Origin: Acidimicrobiales bacterium
Lineage (GTDB): Bacteria > Actinomycetota > Acidimicrobiia > Acidimicrobiales > SZUA-35
DNA length: 64,000 bases
Direction of reading: 5' to 3'
Assembly: GCA_038212405.1 (NCBI GenBank)
Contig: JBBQUN010000001.1
Coordinates: 830-64,829 of the forward strand
The translations under genes were made by a program, and so were the position numbers. The notes beneath the pieces are model-generated. The model did no database searches, had not been told where the DNA came from, and saw only the letters and a list, made by a program, of their open reading frames with translations. This document shows positions 29,344 to 39,097 of this stretch, piece by piece; within the stretch, counting starts at the first letter, position 1, and every line of letters begins with the position of its first letter.

Positions 29344-30434
29344 GGCCGCCAGCCTGCCTTGTCCAGCACGTATTGCAACCGCTGTGTCGCTTCTTCGATA
29401 CCCAATCGGTTCATCGCCACCGACTGATTGTGGTCCAAACGGGCAGGGTCAGGCGAGACCAGCTCACCCTTGGCGAACCCAACCACAGGCGAAGTCGACC
29501 AGTCGGCGCGAGCGTCGGGCGACGCCCTGTCGACGACTGGCCAATCGAAGACCGGCCAGTCGAAACCGAGGTCTCGTTGCTCGGCGGCGACCGGGTAGTT
29601 TCCGACCACGACGGGGGTGCGGTGGATTGCTGCCTCGACCGGGGGGTTGCCGAACCCCTCCCAGAGCGAAGGAAACGCAACCAGGTCAGCGGCGGCATAG
29701 AGCGCCGGGAGCGAGCGTGCGGGCCGGTGGATGACCCTCGTGGTGGCTCGCCCGAGCAGCTCGGCAAGCACCGGTGCATAGTCTTCTTCAGCCGGGCCGG
29801 TGAGCCAGTAGGTGGCATCGAGCGACTCGGCCAGGGCGAGTGCCGCCGGCAGGTTCTTGCGTTCGATGGCTCGAACGGGGTGCACGATCAGGCGTTCGCC
29901 CTCAGCAACGGCGAGCCGTGCTCGCTCGTTCGCTCGCAGCCTGTCAGCGTTGGCAATCGGCGTGGTGTCGAACGCGTTGTAGATGGTGGTCGCCTCGATA
30001 TTGCGCTGCCGCATCTCCAATTCGGTGAGCCGATTGATGGTGACATGTCGCCAGGCCGGATCGGTGGAGGGCAGCTCGGTGATCGACGCGAATCGCTCGC
30101 GCTGCCAGGGTGGATCGTGGTGGTGGAGGAGCGCTGGGCGCCCGGCGAGCACCGAGGCGGCGACCCTGCTCGCCGTCACGTGCATGGGAATCGTGAGCAG
30201 ATTCTCGACAACCACCAGATCACAATCGTCGAGCGCTGCCTCCAACTCCGAAGGGGTTGGCGCTTCGCTGGCGCCAATTGCCAAGCCGGGAACGCGGCGA
30301 TCGACGGGTCCGCTGCCGGCAACCGTCACCGTCTCCCAGCCAAGCGAGGTGAACATCGCCCGCCATTGATCAGCGACGATCGAAACGCCGTCGGAGCCAC
30401 CCAGTCGGAACGAGAGAAATGCGCAGCGACCCAT
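29340..30434 (-). CDS. GT-B fold glycosyltransferase (family 4-like)
   Basis: ATG 30434 (MGRCAFLSFRLGGSDGVS). C-terminal AFPSLWEGFGNPPVEA is an EX7E-type motif. The tracked 5' extension to 30875 overlaps the divergent gene and is rejected. Confidence 0.8.
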   Translation of the reverse strand: MGRCAFLSFRLGGSDGVSIVADQWRAMFTSLGWETVTVAGSGPVDRRVPGLAIGASEAPTPSELEAALDDCDLVVVENLLTIPMHVTASRVAASVLAGRPALLHHHDPPWQRERFASITELPSTDPAWRHVTINRLTELEMRQRNIEATTIYNAFDTTPIANADRLRANERARLAVAEGERLIVHPVRAIERKNLPAALALAESLDATYWLTGPAEEDYAPVLAELLGRATTRVIHRPARSLPALYAAADLVAFPSLWEGFGNPPVEAAIHRTPVVVGNYPVAAEQRDLGFDWPVFDWPVVDRASPDARADWSTSPVVGFAKGELVSPDPARLDHNQSVAMNRLGIEEATQRLQYVLDKAGWRP

Positions 30435-30491
30435 CGACGGTGACCGTACCCAACCAGCGATTGCACGCCTCCGCCCAATAGCGTCGAATCC

Positions 30492-31616
30492 GTGGGAGTC
30501 GATCGGGCAGTCGTGCAGGCAATGATGGAATCGGCGTGGCGAGACGAAGGCTTCTGCGTACCGAACTCGAACGTCTATCCGTTCCAATGGCTTTGGGATT
30601 CGTGCTTCCATTCGCTGGTGTGGGCCGAGCTCGGCGACCCTCGGGCCCTGACCGAGCTCCGATCGGCGCTCGCCAACCAAGACCCGGTGACCGGGTTCGT
30701 TCCCCACCTGACGTACTGGGCCATTCCTGACCACCACGCATCGTTCTGGGGGCGGTCGCTCACCTCGTCGATCACCCAACCCCCGATGTATGGGCACGCA
30801 CTCGCCCAACTGGTCGAGCGGGGCTATGCGGTCGACGACGATCTCCTTGACCGAGCCCAACGGGGGCTGCACCACCTACTCGGTCGGCGGCGCGACGGCG
30901 AGGTGTTGATCCCGGTCCTGCATCCGTGGGAAACAGGGTGTGACGATTCGGCGCGTTGGGATGCCTGGGTTGGCAACGTTGGCGACGCGAGCCGCTGGGA
31001 GCGTGCCAGGTGGAAAGCGATCAAGGGCGAGCTCGTCGCCGATCTGGTGGTCGATGACGCTGGATTCGCTGTCGACTCAGCGTCGTTTCGTGTGCCGTCG
31101 TGCGGATTCAATGCACTCGTTGCCTGGAACATTGCCGAACTCGATCGCATCGGCGCGGCCGATGCATCGTTGCTGATGGGGGAGCAGGAGCTGCGATCTG
31201 GGCTCGAGGCTCGCTGGGACCCCACCCTGGCAACCTGGACCGATCCGACCTCGAGCGGTACTACGAGAACGGCCGACGCCCTCCTCTGCCTGCTCGTCGA
31301 CCCCCGCCCCGAGGCATTTGCAGCGTTGCTCGATCCGATGGCCTTTGCCGGACCGTACGGCATTCGTGGCGTGCACGCTGGTGAAACGACCTACGATCCG
31401 GGCACCTACTGGCGAGGGCCGTCGTGGCCGCAGCTCGACTATCTGCTGTTGCTCGCAATGCGGGCTGCGGGCGTTGACGATACGGCGCTGGCTGAGTGCT
31501 GTGTTGCCGGAGCCGTTGCGTCGGGTTGGGCCGAATACTGGAACGCTGAATCCGGAGTCGGTGGGGGTGCTATTCCCCAAACCTGGACTGCGCTCGCGTT
31601 GCTCTTCGACCGTTAG
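30492..31616 (+). CDS. GH63-like glycoside hydrolase (mannosylglycerate/glucosylglycerate hydrolase-like)
   Basis: FQWLWDSCFH, HPWETGCDDSARWD and YWRGPSWPQLDYLL are motifs of the (alpha/alpha)6 GH63/MGH family. Confidence 0.8.
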   Translation: MGVDRAVVQAMMESAWRDEGFCVPNSNVYPFQWLWDSCFHSLVWAELGDPRALTELRSALANQDPVTGFVPHLTYWAIPDHHASFWGRSLTSSITQPPMYGHALAQLVERGYAVDDDLLDRAQRGLHHLLGRRRDGEVLIPVLHPWETGCDDSARWDAWVGNVGDASRWERARWKAIKGELVADLVVDDAGFAVDSASFRVPSCGFNALVAWNIAELDRIGAADASLLMGEQELRSGLEARWDPTLATWTDPTSSGTTRTADALLCLLVDPRPEAFAALLDPMAFAGPYGIRGVHAGETTYDPGTYWRGPSWPQLDYLLLLAMRAAGVDDTALAECCVAGAVASGWAEYWNAESGVGGGAIPQTWTALALLFDR

Positions 31617-32413
31617 GCCTTGGCGTCGGAGCCACCAACGAGATCGTCGAGGTCGATCGGGTCATCGTCGAAATCGGGGATCGAGGCAAACAGTGCATCG
31701 CTCACTTCGGTGCTGGCTGTTGGGGTCAGGCCCTCCGGTGCGACTCCGGTAGGGACGACGACCACGACGGCTTCACGAAGATCGATGTCGTCGAATTCCT
31801 CGGGTTCGATCACCGCGTCAGGACCGAGACCGGGGAGTCCAGCCCCTGGGTTCGCCGTCGATCGATCGTCGCCGAAGAGGTCATCGGCCGTGATGCCCGT
31901 GGTCCGACCATCGAGCACGACGTTCATGGCGATCACGAGCAGACCGGCCAACATGATCAGGTCGCCGAACGAGATCGGCGTGTTGAGCACCGGCGTTGGT
32001 ACGACATCGCCCAGGAACGACAGCGAGGACTCATCGGACTCGATTCGCCAGAGACCGGTCGCCGCCGGATTGACCGTGACGTCGTTGCCGAAGGCGGTGA
32101 GTGCATCGAAGCTGACGGGGATGTAGCCGTTCACGACCAGCACGGCCATGTTGAGGGTGACCCCGATCCCGGCGATCGCAGCGCCGGCGATGTGGACGTT
32201 GCGCATTGCTCCGACGATCAGGCACAGCAGCCCAGCAGTGACGATGATGGCCCTGCCCGGGAGATCGAACGACTCGCCGACGGTTTGGAGCACGACGCCG
32301 GCGACCAGGAACGGCCACGCTGCCACTCGGTTCTTGAGCACTGCTTCGAGACTGCCGCCGCGCAGAAAACCGATGAGCAGTCCGATACCAATTGCGAGGG
32401 GTGTCAGCACCAT
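31613..32413 (-). CDS. DUF5317-like polytopic membrane protein with acidic C-terminal tail
   Basis: MVLTPLAIGIGLLIGFLRGGSLEAV... followed by 5-6 hydrophobic helices. The family call is from memory of the N-terminal pattern only. Confidence 0.55.
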   Translation of the reverse strand: MVLTPLAIGIGLLIGFLRGGSLEAVLKNRVAAWPFLVAGVVLQTVGESFDLPGRAIIVTAGLLCLIVGAMRNVHIAGAAIAGIGVTLNMAVLVVNGYIPVSFDALTAFGNDVTVNPAATGLWRIESDESSLSFLGDVVPTPVLNTPISFGDLIMLAGLLVIAMNVVLDGRTTGITADDLFGDDRSTANPGAGLPGLGPDAVIEPEEFDDIDLREAVVVVVPTGVAPEGLTPTASTEVSDALFASIPDFDDDPIDLDDLVGGSDAKA

Positions 32414-32557
32414 GCCAGTTTCTCCAGTCCAGACCGGAGCATAGTCATCAGCGTCGACGATGACCCTCTTGCCTCACCCAGCAAAATTCTCCACCGAACA
32501 GGCCGCGCCGGCGGTGTTGACGCCGGTCGAAGGCCACTGCCGAGACGGACAGAGGCC

Positions 32558-33190
32558 TCAGGTTGCAGGCTCACTCACCAGGCACACCACCCGCCGGTCG
32601 TCGAGGCCCCAGAGGCCCTCGGTTGGTACGAATTCGGCCGCGACACGCAGCGAGGTCGCGTAGTCCTCGGCGAACTGCTCGGTGAAGCGCTGGAGGCAGA
32701 TTCGAGTAGCTGCTCGTCTGATCGTTCGGTCGCCTGGATACTCGGCCGACGCGTCGCCGGGGCAGGGCTGAGCGGTGAGATCATCATCGAAGTCGGGGTG
32801 CGGTCCGAGACAAAAGGCCGCGTACACGGTGCCGTCGTTGTTCTCGCCACAGTCGACAACGGCAACGATGGTGGGTCGCGGTGTCGTGGTCGGCGCGGCA
32901 ACGGTCGGTGGCACCGTTGGTTCGGTCGCCTGCGTGACCTGGCCCTCGATGGTGGTCGTGGTTGCCTCGGGCAGAATCTCCGATGGCGGTGGAAGATCGG
33001 CGTAGCACTGACCTTCGGCCAGCTCGAGATTGCCGATCAGGGCCAAGATCGGGGCGGGGATCGTGGTGGTCGAAGCGGTCGTCGTCGAGCTGCCGGCATC
33101 GACCGAGCCTTCACCGTTGGAGGAATCCGACGAGCACGCGACCGCGATGAGGGTTGCGGCGACAACAGCGAGGGCACGGTGAATGATCAC
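32558..33190 (-). CDS. septum-formation-family lipoprotein
   Basis: GTG 33190 gives MIIHRALAVVAATLIAVACSS, which is lipobox-like. Cys-paired pattern GQCY...VDCGE...AFCLG...CLQRF...VVCLV. The start avoids overlap with the sortase stop at 33193. Confidence 0.6.
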   Translation of the reverse strand: MIIHRALAVVAATLIAVACSSDSSNGEGSVDAGSSTTTASTTTIPAPILALIGNLELAEGQCYADLPPPSEILPEATTTTIEGQVTQATEPTVPPTVAAPTTTPRPTIVAVVDCGENNDGTVYAAFCLGPHPDFDDDLTAQPCPGDASAEYPGDRTIRRAATRICLQRFTEQFAEDYATSLRVAAEFVPTEGLWGLDDRRVVCLVSEPAT

Positions 33191-33192
33191 GA

Positions 33193-34236
33193 TCAAAGCG
33201 CAGGCAGCAGCTTGTCGAGATGGCTGAAGCATCCCCACAGTACGTAGAGGAAGACGGGGGTGATCAGCACGTAGGCGGGGAGTCGTTGCCAGGCCCGTCC
33301 GAAGAGATAGCCGGCCAGTGCGACGAGGGCAGCAGCGGCGCCCCACAACACCGTTGGCAAGGTCTCCTCGGTGTTCCAGCCGAGCGACTCGGTGAGGACG
33401 TTCTCCTCGGCAAGGTCGAGGGTCGACTCGTCGGTCGCCTCGCTAGCTACGTCCTCATCGGGGATGGCCTCGATCGGTACCGCGGTGGTGGAGGGGAGCT
33501 CGGGGGCCGGGGCCGAAACCAGCTTCGCCGAGACGATGATGCGCTGTGCTGCTGAATACTTTGGATGGCAGGCGGTGAGGGTCAGGCGATTGTCGCCCTG
33601 GTCATCGACCACCTCGACCGCTGAGTCATCGACGATGAAGTACCCGACCTCGTTTCCGTCGGCATCGGCTTGGGGCAGGACCTCGTAGTAGTACGTGCCA
33701 TACAGGGTCTCGACCACGATCTGATCGCCGGGCTGGACCAGATCGAGGTCGCCGAACGGGGCGCCGTAGGTGGTGCGGTGGCCGGCGATCGCGGTATTGC
33801 CGGCCTGGCCCGGGAACGGCGTGCTCGGGTACATCCCCGGTCCTTCACGTAGGTCGCCGCGACGCGTACCGAACACGATGTGCTTGTCGACCCCGATCGA
33901 GGGGATGGCGATGTTGCCCATGACCTCGCCTTGTTCGGGAATGAGCTCATCGCCCAATTCGGCGATGATCTCGGGAGCCAGCGAGGGGGGCGGGGCGATG
34001 GTGGTGGTGTCACCAGGCACCGTTGCGGGCGGTGTGGTGGTCGTCGAATCGTTGCCGGTGATGTCTGCGATGGCGGCCTGCCGCTCGGAGAACTCGTCGC
34101 CGAGTGCGTTCTGGTTGCGAGCTTCCTGGAGGTTGGTGCCCCACAGCTGGAACGCAGCAAATGACAGCACGATGAGGCCGAGGGCGATGAGCGTGCGGCC
34201 GATTCCGCCGACGATGGATGCAGTGCGCTGGTTCAT
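33193..34236 (-). CDS. class E-like sortase with extra C-terminal membrane segment
   Basis: N-terminal TM anchor, IAGHRTTYG (catalytic His), LTLTACHP (TLxTC Cys) and a C-terminal pair of hydrophobic helices. Confidence 0.85.
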   Translation of the reverse strand: MNQRTASIVGGIGRTLIALGLIVLSFAAFQLWGTNLQEARNQNALGDEFSERQAAIADITGNDSTTTTPPATVPGDTTTIAPPPSLAPEIIAELGDELIPEQGEVMGNIAIPSIGVDKHIVFGTRRGDLREGPGMYPSTPFPGQAGNTAIAGHRTTYGAPFGDLDLVQPGDQIVVETLYGTYYYEVLPQADADGNEVGYFIVDDSAVEVVDDQGDNRLTLTACHPKYSAAQRIIVSAKLVSAPAPELPSTTAVPIEAIPDEDVASEATDESTLDLAEENVLTESLGWNTEETLPTVLWGAAAALVALAGYLFGRAWQRLPAYVLITPVFLYVLWGCFSHLDKLLPAL

Positions 34237-34344
34237 GAGTTCAGGGGAAGGGGCACCGGGGTCGACGATGGGTGCCGGGACAGGCTAGAGCGCGCGGCGT
34301 AGGGAACGGGGTCATGGCCTCGATCGGCCCTATCGTGAGCGACC

Positions 34345-35019
34345 GTGCTCGAGTCGTCTCCTTCACCGGTTGTGCAGCTGACCGGCGCCGTGTCACTGCT
34401 CGGTCGTTTCCCTGCATTGGCCGGTGCCGATCTGGCGATCGATGCCGGCGAGATCGCCCTCCTCGAGGGCCCGAACGGCGCTGGCAAGTCCACGCTGCTG
34501 CGACTGTGTGCCGGTCTAGCCCCACTGAACCAGGGCAGTGGCGCGGTCTTGGGGCACGACTTGTCTCGCCGGGTTGCTCGCCGAGCGCTGCGGCGCGAGG
34601 TCGGACTCTTGTCGCATGCCACCGCACTCTATGACGAGCTGACCGTCGAACAGAACGTCGTGTTCTGGTCGAAGGCGAACGGCACGATCGTCGCCGATGT
34701 CGAGCCGGCGATGCAAGCCCTGGGACTCGCCGGTCGGCTCCGGACGGTACCCGTTTCTGGACTCTCCGCCGGTCAGCGACGACGAACGTCCATGGCCATC
34801 CTGGTCTGTCGGCGGCCGCGTCTGTGGCTACTCGACGAACCACACGCCGGACTCGACGCTGCGGGTCGAGACCTGATCGACGATCTGATTCGCCGCGCCG
34901 TGACGGCTGGAGCCACGGTCATGCTCGCCTCGCATGAGGCCGATCGGGCAAATGACCTTGCAACCATGCACGTCTCGGTGGTTGGCGGGCACACCAGCGT
35001 CGAGGGCCGATCATGCTGA
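34345..35019 (+). CDS. ccmA: heme ABC exporter ATP-binding protein CcmA
   Basis: GPNGAGKST Walker A, LSAGQRRR signature and LWLLDEP Walker B. First gene of the ccm operon. Confidence 0.9.
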   Translation: MLESSPSPVVQLTGAVSLLGRFPALAGADLAIDAGEIALLEGPNGAGKSTLLRLCAGLAPLNQGSGAVLGHDLSRRVARRALRREVGLLSHATALYDELTVEQNVVFWSKANGTIVADVEPAMQALGLAGRLRTVPVSGLSAGQRRRTSMAILVCRRPRLWLLDEPHAGLDAAGRDLIDDLIRRAVTAGATVMLASHEADRANDLATMHVSVVGGHTSVEGRSC

Positions 35020-35714
35020 GCGACGCCCTGTTGGTCGCCCGCAAGGACCTGCTCATCGAGATGCGCTCGAAGGTGCTCACCACGCAGCTTCTGCCTTTCG
35101 GGATGATCGTGCTGATCCTGTTCGGTTTCGGTCTGTCGCCCGACCGAACCGTTCCGACCGGCGTCGCAAACGAGAGCCGACCGCTGCTCGCACAGGTCGC
35201 TCCTGGACTGTTCTGGCTGGCTGTGTTCTTCTCGGCCCTCCTCGCCTTCAGCCGGGCGTTTGCCATCGAGGCAAGCGACGGCAACCTCGACGCCCTTCGG
35301 CTCACCGGTCTCGACCCGGCGGGGATCTTTCTCGGCAAGGCGGCAGCGATCGCCCTCGAACTCTTCGTGCTCGAGATCGTGCTCGGTGCCGGCTCGTTCT
35401 TGCTCTATGCGCCCGAACTCAACGACCCGATTCTGCTCGCCGTGACGGTTGTCTCGACCACGCTCGCCGTTGCCCTTGCAGGTACGCTCTACGCAGCGCT
35501 GGCCTCGGGTATGCGGGTGCGTGACACCCTCGTTCCGCTGCTCGCCTTGCCTGCGCTGTCGCCGGTCCTGCTCGGCGCATCCGTTGCAACCGAAGCCGCG
35601 CTGTTCGGCCCCAGTTCTGACGGGTGGATGTGGGCCGGCCTGCTCGGTGCTTTCGCCCTCCTTTACACGGGTGCGGGAATCCTGGCTTTCGGACGAGTGC
35701 TGGAGGAATCGTGA
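35013..35714 (+). CDS. ccmB: heme exporter permease CcmB
   Basis: 6-TM protein overlapping ccmA by 7 nt. FAIEASDGNLDALRLTG is CcmB-like. Confidence 0.9.
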   Translation: MLSDALLVARKDLLIEMRSKVLTTQLLPFGMIVLILFGFGLSPDRTVPTGVANESRPLLAQVAPGLFWLAVFFSALLAFSRAFAIEASDGNLDALRLTGLDPAGIFLGKAAAIALELFVLEIVLGAGSFLLYAPELNDPILLAVTVVSTTLAVALAGTLYAALASGMRVRDTLVPLLALPALSPVLLGASVATEAALFGPSSDGWMWAGLLGAFALLYTGAGILAFGRVLEES

Positions 35715-36490
35715 CAACAACCGAGATCCCGGCGAGTACGTCTTCGAAGCTCACTCGGCGTCTGGGTTTTGCCGCCTTGGTGAGCATCGTCGTCTTCCTC
35801 GCCATGGCCCTGGTGATCTCACCGCCCGACGTGTCGCAGCGAGATGCGGTTCGGTTGTTCTATCTCCACGTGCCAACGGCCACGATTGCGTTCTATTTTG
35901 CTCCGGCAATCATCGCGGTTGGCAGCGTCATGTACCTCTGGAAGAAGTCGACCTTCTGGGATCTCGCCGCTGGTACTGCCGCCGAGCTCGCCGTCATCTT
36001 CTCTGCCTTCACCCTGGTGACCGGCATGCTGTGGGGCAAACCGACCTGGGGCCTCTACTGGACCTGGGAGCCCCGACTGACCGCAACCGCAGTGTCGTTC
36101 GTGCTGTTCGTTGGCTACTTGGCTGTGCGCAAGCTCGATCTCGATCCTGTCATTCGCTCGCAGCGCGCCGCGGTGCTCGGCCTCATTGCCGCCGCCAACA
36201 CGCTGCTGGTTCGCTACTCGGTGCAAATCTGGAAAGGCATCCACCAGGGAACCACGATCTCGCCGATGAACATGCAGATCAGCGGTCTCATGTGGGGAAC
36301 GGCCTTGATCGGTTTCGTGTCGTTCACGCTCGTGTTTGCCTGGTTGATGATTCATCGCTTCCGTGTCGCCTGGCTCGAACACCAGCTGGCCGAGGTCGGA
36401 CTCGACCTCGCAATCAGCGAACGCCGTGCCGAGCGAGATGTCGCCGGCGCAGCGAGTACTGACGTCCGACTGACAGGAGAAGGTGCCTGA
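35711..36490 (+). CDS. ccmC: heme exporter protein CcmC
   Basis: GTG 35711 overlaps the ccmB stop. WWD-type motif WGKPTWGLYWTWEPRLT and conserved His in LFYLHVP. Confidence 0.9.
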   Translation: MTTTEIPASTSSKLTRRLGFAALVSIVVFLAMALVISPPDVSQRDAVRLFYLHVPTATIAFYFAPAIIAVGSVMYLWKKSTFWDLAAGTAAELAVIFSAFTLVTGMLWGKPTWGLYWTWEPRLTATAVSFVLFVGYLAVRKLDLDPVIRSQRAAVLGLIAAANTLLVRYSVQIWKGIHQGTTISPMNMQISGLMWGTALIGFVSFTLVFAWLMIHRFRVAWLEHQLAEVGLDLAISERRAERDVAGAASTDVRLTGEGA

Positions 36491-36624
36491 TGCATTGGGA
36501 GTTCGTGATTCCTGGATATCTCATCGTCTTCGTGACGCTGGCGATGTACACCGTCTACGTGGTCCGCAAGGGTCGGGCGCTCTCAGAGCAGCTGCCACCA
36601 GAGAAGCGGCGATTCCTTGACTGA
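36490..36624 (+). CDS. ccmD: heme exporter protein CcmD (44 aa)
   Basis: Found by eye; it is below the ORF-track cutoff. ATG 36490 overlaps the ccmC stop (TGATG). Sequence MHWEFVIPGYLIVFVTLAMYTVYVVRKGRALSEQL... is a single TM helix plus a basic tail, in the canonical position. Confidence 0.65.
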   Translation: MHWEFVIPGYLIVFVTLAMYTVYVVRKGRALSEQLPPEKRRFLD

Positions 36625-37096
36625 CGACCTCGATCTGACACCGCGCCCCGGCGCTGGCGCGTCCAACGAGCGTCGTAGCTTCCGCAACATCGCCATCCTG
36701 GGCACGCTCGGCGTCGTCCTCGGATTCATCATGTTCCAGGCGGTGACCGGCGCCTCGGTGTATTACTACAACGTCGACGAGGCGGTTGACCAACAGGCCG
36801 AGCTGGCCGATCGCACGTTCCGGCTCCAGGGAACGGTCGTCACCGAGCCAACGATCGATGCCAGTGGCGCCATGCTCTTCAACGTTGCCTTCAACGACCA
36901 AGAGGTCGCGGTGCGCCATGTTGGTGAGGAACCAACCGATTTGTTCGAGCTGTCGATCCCGGTCGTTGCCGAAGGGCACTTCGAGAACGGTGTCTTCGTG
37001 TCTCGCCAGCTTCTCATCAAGCATTCTGAGTCCTATGTCGCCGACAACCCGGATCGCATCGATACCGAGATCGAATCGCAGCTCGATGCGGGCTGA
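36617..37096 (+). CDS. ccmE: cytochrome c maturation heme chaperone CcmE
   Basis: N-terminal TM anchor and OB-fold region (FRLQGTVV). LLIKHSESY matches the HxxxY heme-binding motif. Confidence 0.9.
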   Translation: MTDDLDLTPRPGAGASNERRSFRNIAILGTLGVVLGFIMFQAVTGASVYYYNVDEAVDQQAELADRTFRLQGTVVTEPTIDASGAMLFNVAFNDQEVAVRHVGEEPTDLFELSIPVVAEGHFENGVFVSRQLLIKHSESYVADNPDRIDTEIESQLDAG

Positions 37097-37114
37097 CCCG
37101 CACGGAGCAACGAC

Positions 37115-39097
37115 ATGAACTCGATCCTCGGCTTCGCCTTCACCATGCTCGGCCTCACCACGTCGGTGGCCGGCATGCTGGCCGGGTCCTATGCGCTGGT
37201 GACCAAACAACACCGGCTGCTCGCCCAGGTTCGTCAATGGACCTGGATGCTGCCCGTCGCCGGCCTCGGAATGTTCGTTGTCATGGAAGTGGCGCTGTTC
37301 CAGCGCGACTTCACCGTCAGCTACGTCCAACGAGTCGGCAGCACGGTCACGCCTCCCTTGTACAATTTCGCCGCTCTCTGGTCGGCGCTGGAGGGCTCAC
37401 TCATTCTGTGGGCGCTGATCCTCACGCTCTACATCGGTGCGGTGCTCTACAAGTTTCGAGCACGAGGCAACGACCCACTCCTGGGTTGGGCCATCGTGGT
37501 ACTGCTCGGCATCAGCACGTTCTTCTTTGCGCTGCTGGCCGGACCGGCGAATCCGTTCACTCCGGTCACCGTTCCTCTGGGGTTCCAAGGGCCGGGCCCC
37601 AACCCTCTGCTACAGAACCACATTCTCGTTGCCTTCCATCCGCCGATGCTCTACCTGGGTTACGTCGGTTTCTCCGTTCCGTTCGCTTTCGCCGCTGCTG
37701 CCCTCATCACCGGTCGAGTGGGCGAGGGGTGGCTGGTCGAGACTCGTCGCTGGACCGTTGCTGCTTGGGGCTTTCTCACCGCCGGCATCATCCTCGGTGC
37801 TTGGTGGAGCTACGAGGTGCTGGGCTGGGGTGGCTATTGGGCATGGGATCCGGTCGAGAACGCCTCGCTGCTTCCCTGGCTCACCGGCACGGCCTACCTG
37901 CATTCGGTCATGGTCCAAGAACGCCGCGGCATGCTGCGGGTCTGGAACCTGTCGTTGCTGTGTGCCACGTTCTGCCTGACCATCCTGGGTACGTTCCTCA
38001 CCCGATCGGGTGTCGTCGAATCGGTGCATGCCTTCGCCGATGGTGAAGTCGGCCCGTGGCTCCTGGTCTTCTTCACGATCGTTGCCCTCGGATCGATCGG
38101 ACTGATCGGCTGGCGGGGCGACCGGTTGCGTTCGCCCGGCGCCATCGATTCGCCGCTGTCGCGCGAGGCATCGTTCCTTGCCAACAACGTGGCGTTCGGA
38201 GCGCTCACGTTCGTGGTCCTGCTCGGTACCGTCTTCCCGCTCCTCGCCGAGGCCTACGACGACAGCCGCCTCACGATCGGGCGCCCCTACTTCGACTCCC
38301 TCGGTCGGCCGATCGCCTTCGTGCTGCTCTTCCTCATGGCGTCGGCCCCGGTGCTGCCATGGCGCAAAGCCTCCGGCGAATTGCTCGCCGAGCGGCTCTT
38401 CTGGCCGACGGTCGCCGGCGTTGGGTCGATGGTCCTTGCCATCGCGCTCGGCGGGCGAGGCCTCTACCCGATGATCACGTTCGGCCTCGGTGGATTCGCC
38501 GGCGGGGCGGCGCTGCGCCAAGTGGTGTTGGCCACCCGACGCCAGGGTTGGCGGGGCTTCGTCGGTCGGACCAATGGCGGCATGATCGTGCACCTGGGTG
38601 TGGTGCTCATCGCCGTCGGTATCGCCTCCAGCGAGGCCTACAAGACCGACCGAACCGCCACGCTCGCCGTTGGGGAGTCCATGATGGTTGCCGACCACGA
38701 GTTCACCTATCTCGGACTCGGTGCCGACACCAACGAGCGCCGCAATCGGGTGTGGGCCGACATCGAAATCGACGGCGGCGACATCTATCAGCCCGCTCGT
38801 ACCCAGTTCCGTTTGATGGGCACACCGGTGGCGACCCCTTCGGTGAGAGCCGGGTTCACCCAAGATCTGTTCCTCGTGCTCGATCAGGTGCCAACCGACA
38901 ACGACGGCCCGATCCGACTCAGAGTGATCGTTCGCCCCATGATCTCGTGGCTGTGGGCCGGCGGCGGACTGATGTCGCTCGGCACGCTGTTCGCCATCTT
39001 CCCCGGTAAGCGTCGACGGGGTACCGAGGCGGTTTCGGCTCGCATCGGCAGCTCGTCACCGACGATTCCCGATGCCCGGGTCGAGGTGAACGCATGA
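37115..39097 (+). CDS. ccmF: cytochrome c heme lyase subunit CcmF
   Basis: 660-aa polytopic protein with WGGYWAWDPVEN WWD motif. Confidence 0.95.
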   Translation: MNSILGFAFTMLGLTTSVAGMLAGSYALVTKQHRLLAQVRQWTWMLPVAGLGMFVVMEVALFQRDFTVSYVQRVGSTVTPPLYNFAALWSALEGSLILWALILTLYIGAVLYKFRARGNDPLLGWAIVVLLGISTFFFALLAGPANPFTPVTVPLGFQGPGPNPLLQNHILVAFHPPMLYLGYVGFSVPFAFAAAALITGRVGEGWLVETRRWTVAAWGFLTAGIILGAWWSYEVLGWGGYWAWDPVENASLLPWLTGTAYLHSVMVQERRGMLRVWNLSLLCATFCLTILGTFLTRSGVVESVHAFADGEVGPWLLVFFTIVALGSIGLIGWRGDRLRSPGAIDSPLSREASFLANNVAFGALTFVVLLGTVFPLLAEAYDDSRLTIGRPYFDSLGRPIAFVLLFLMASAPVLPWRKASGELLAERLFWPTVAGVGSMVLAIALGGRGLYPMITFGLGGFAGGAALRQVVLATRRQGWRGFVGRTNGGMIVHLGVVLIAVGIASSEAYKTDRTATLAVGESMMVADHEFTYLGLGADTNERRNRVWADIEIDGGDIYQPARTQFRLMGTPVATPSVRAGFTQDLFLVLDQVPTDNDGPIRLRVIVRPMISWLWAGGGLMSLGTLFAIFPGKRRRGTEAVSARIGSSSPTIPDARVEVNA

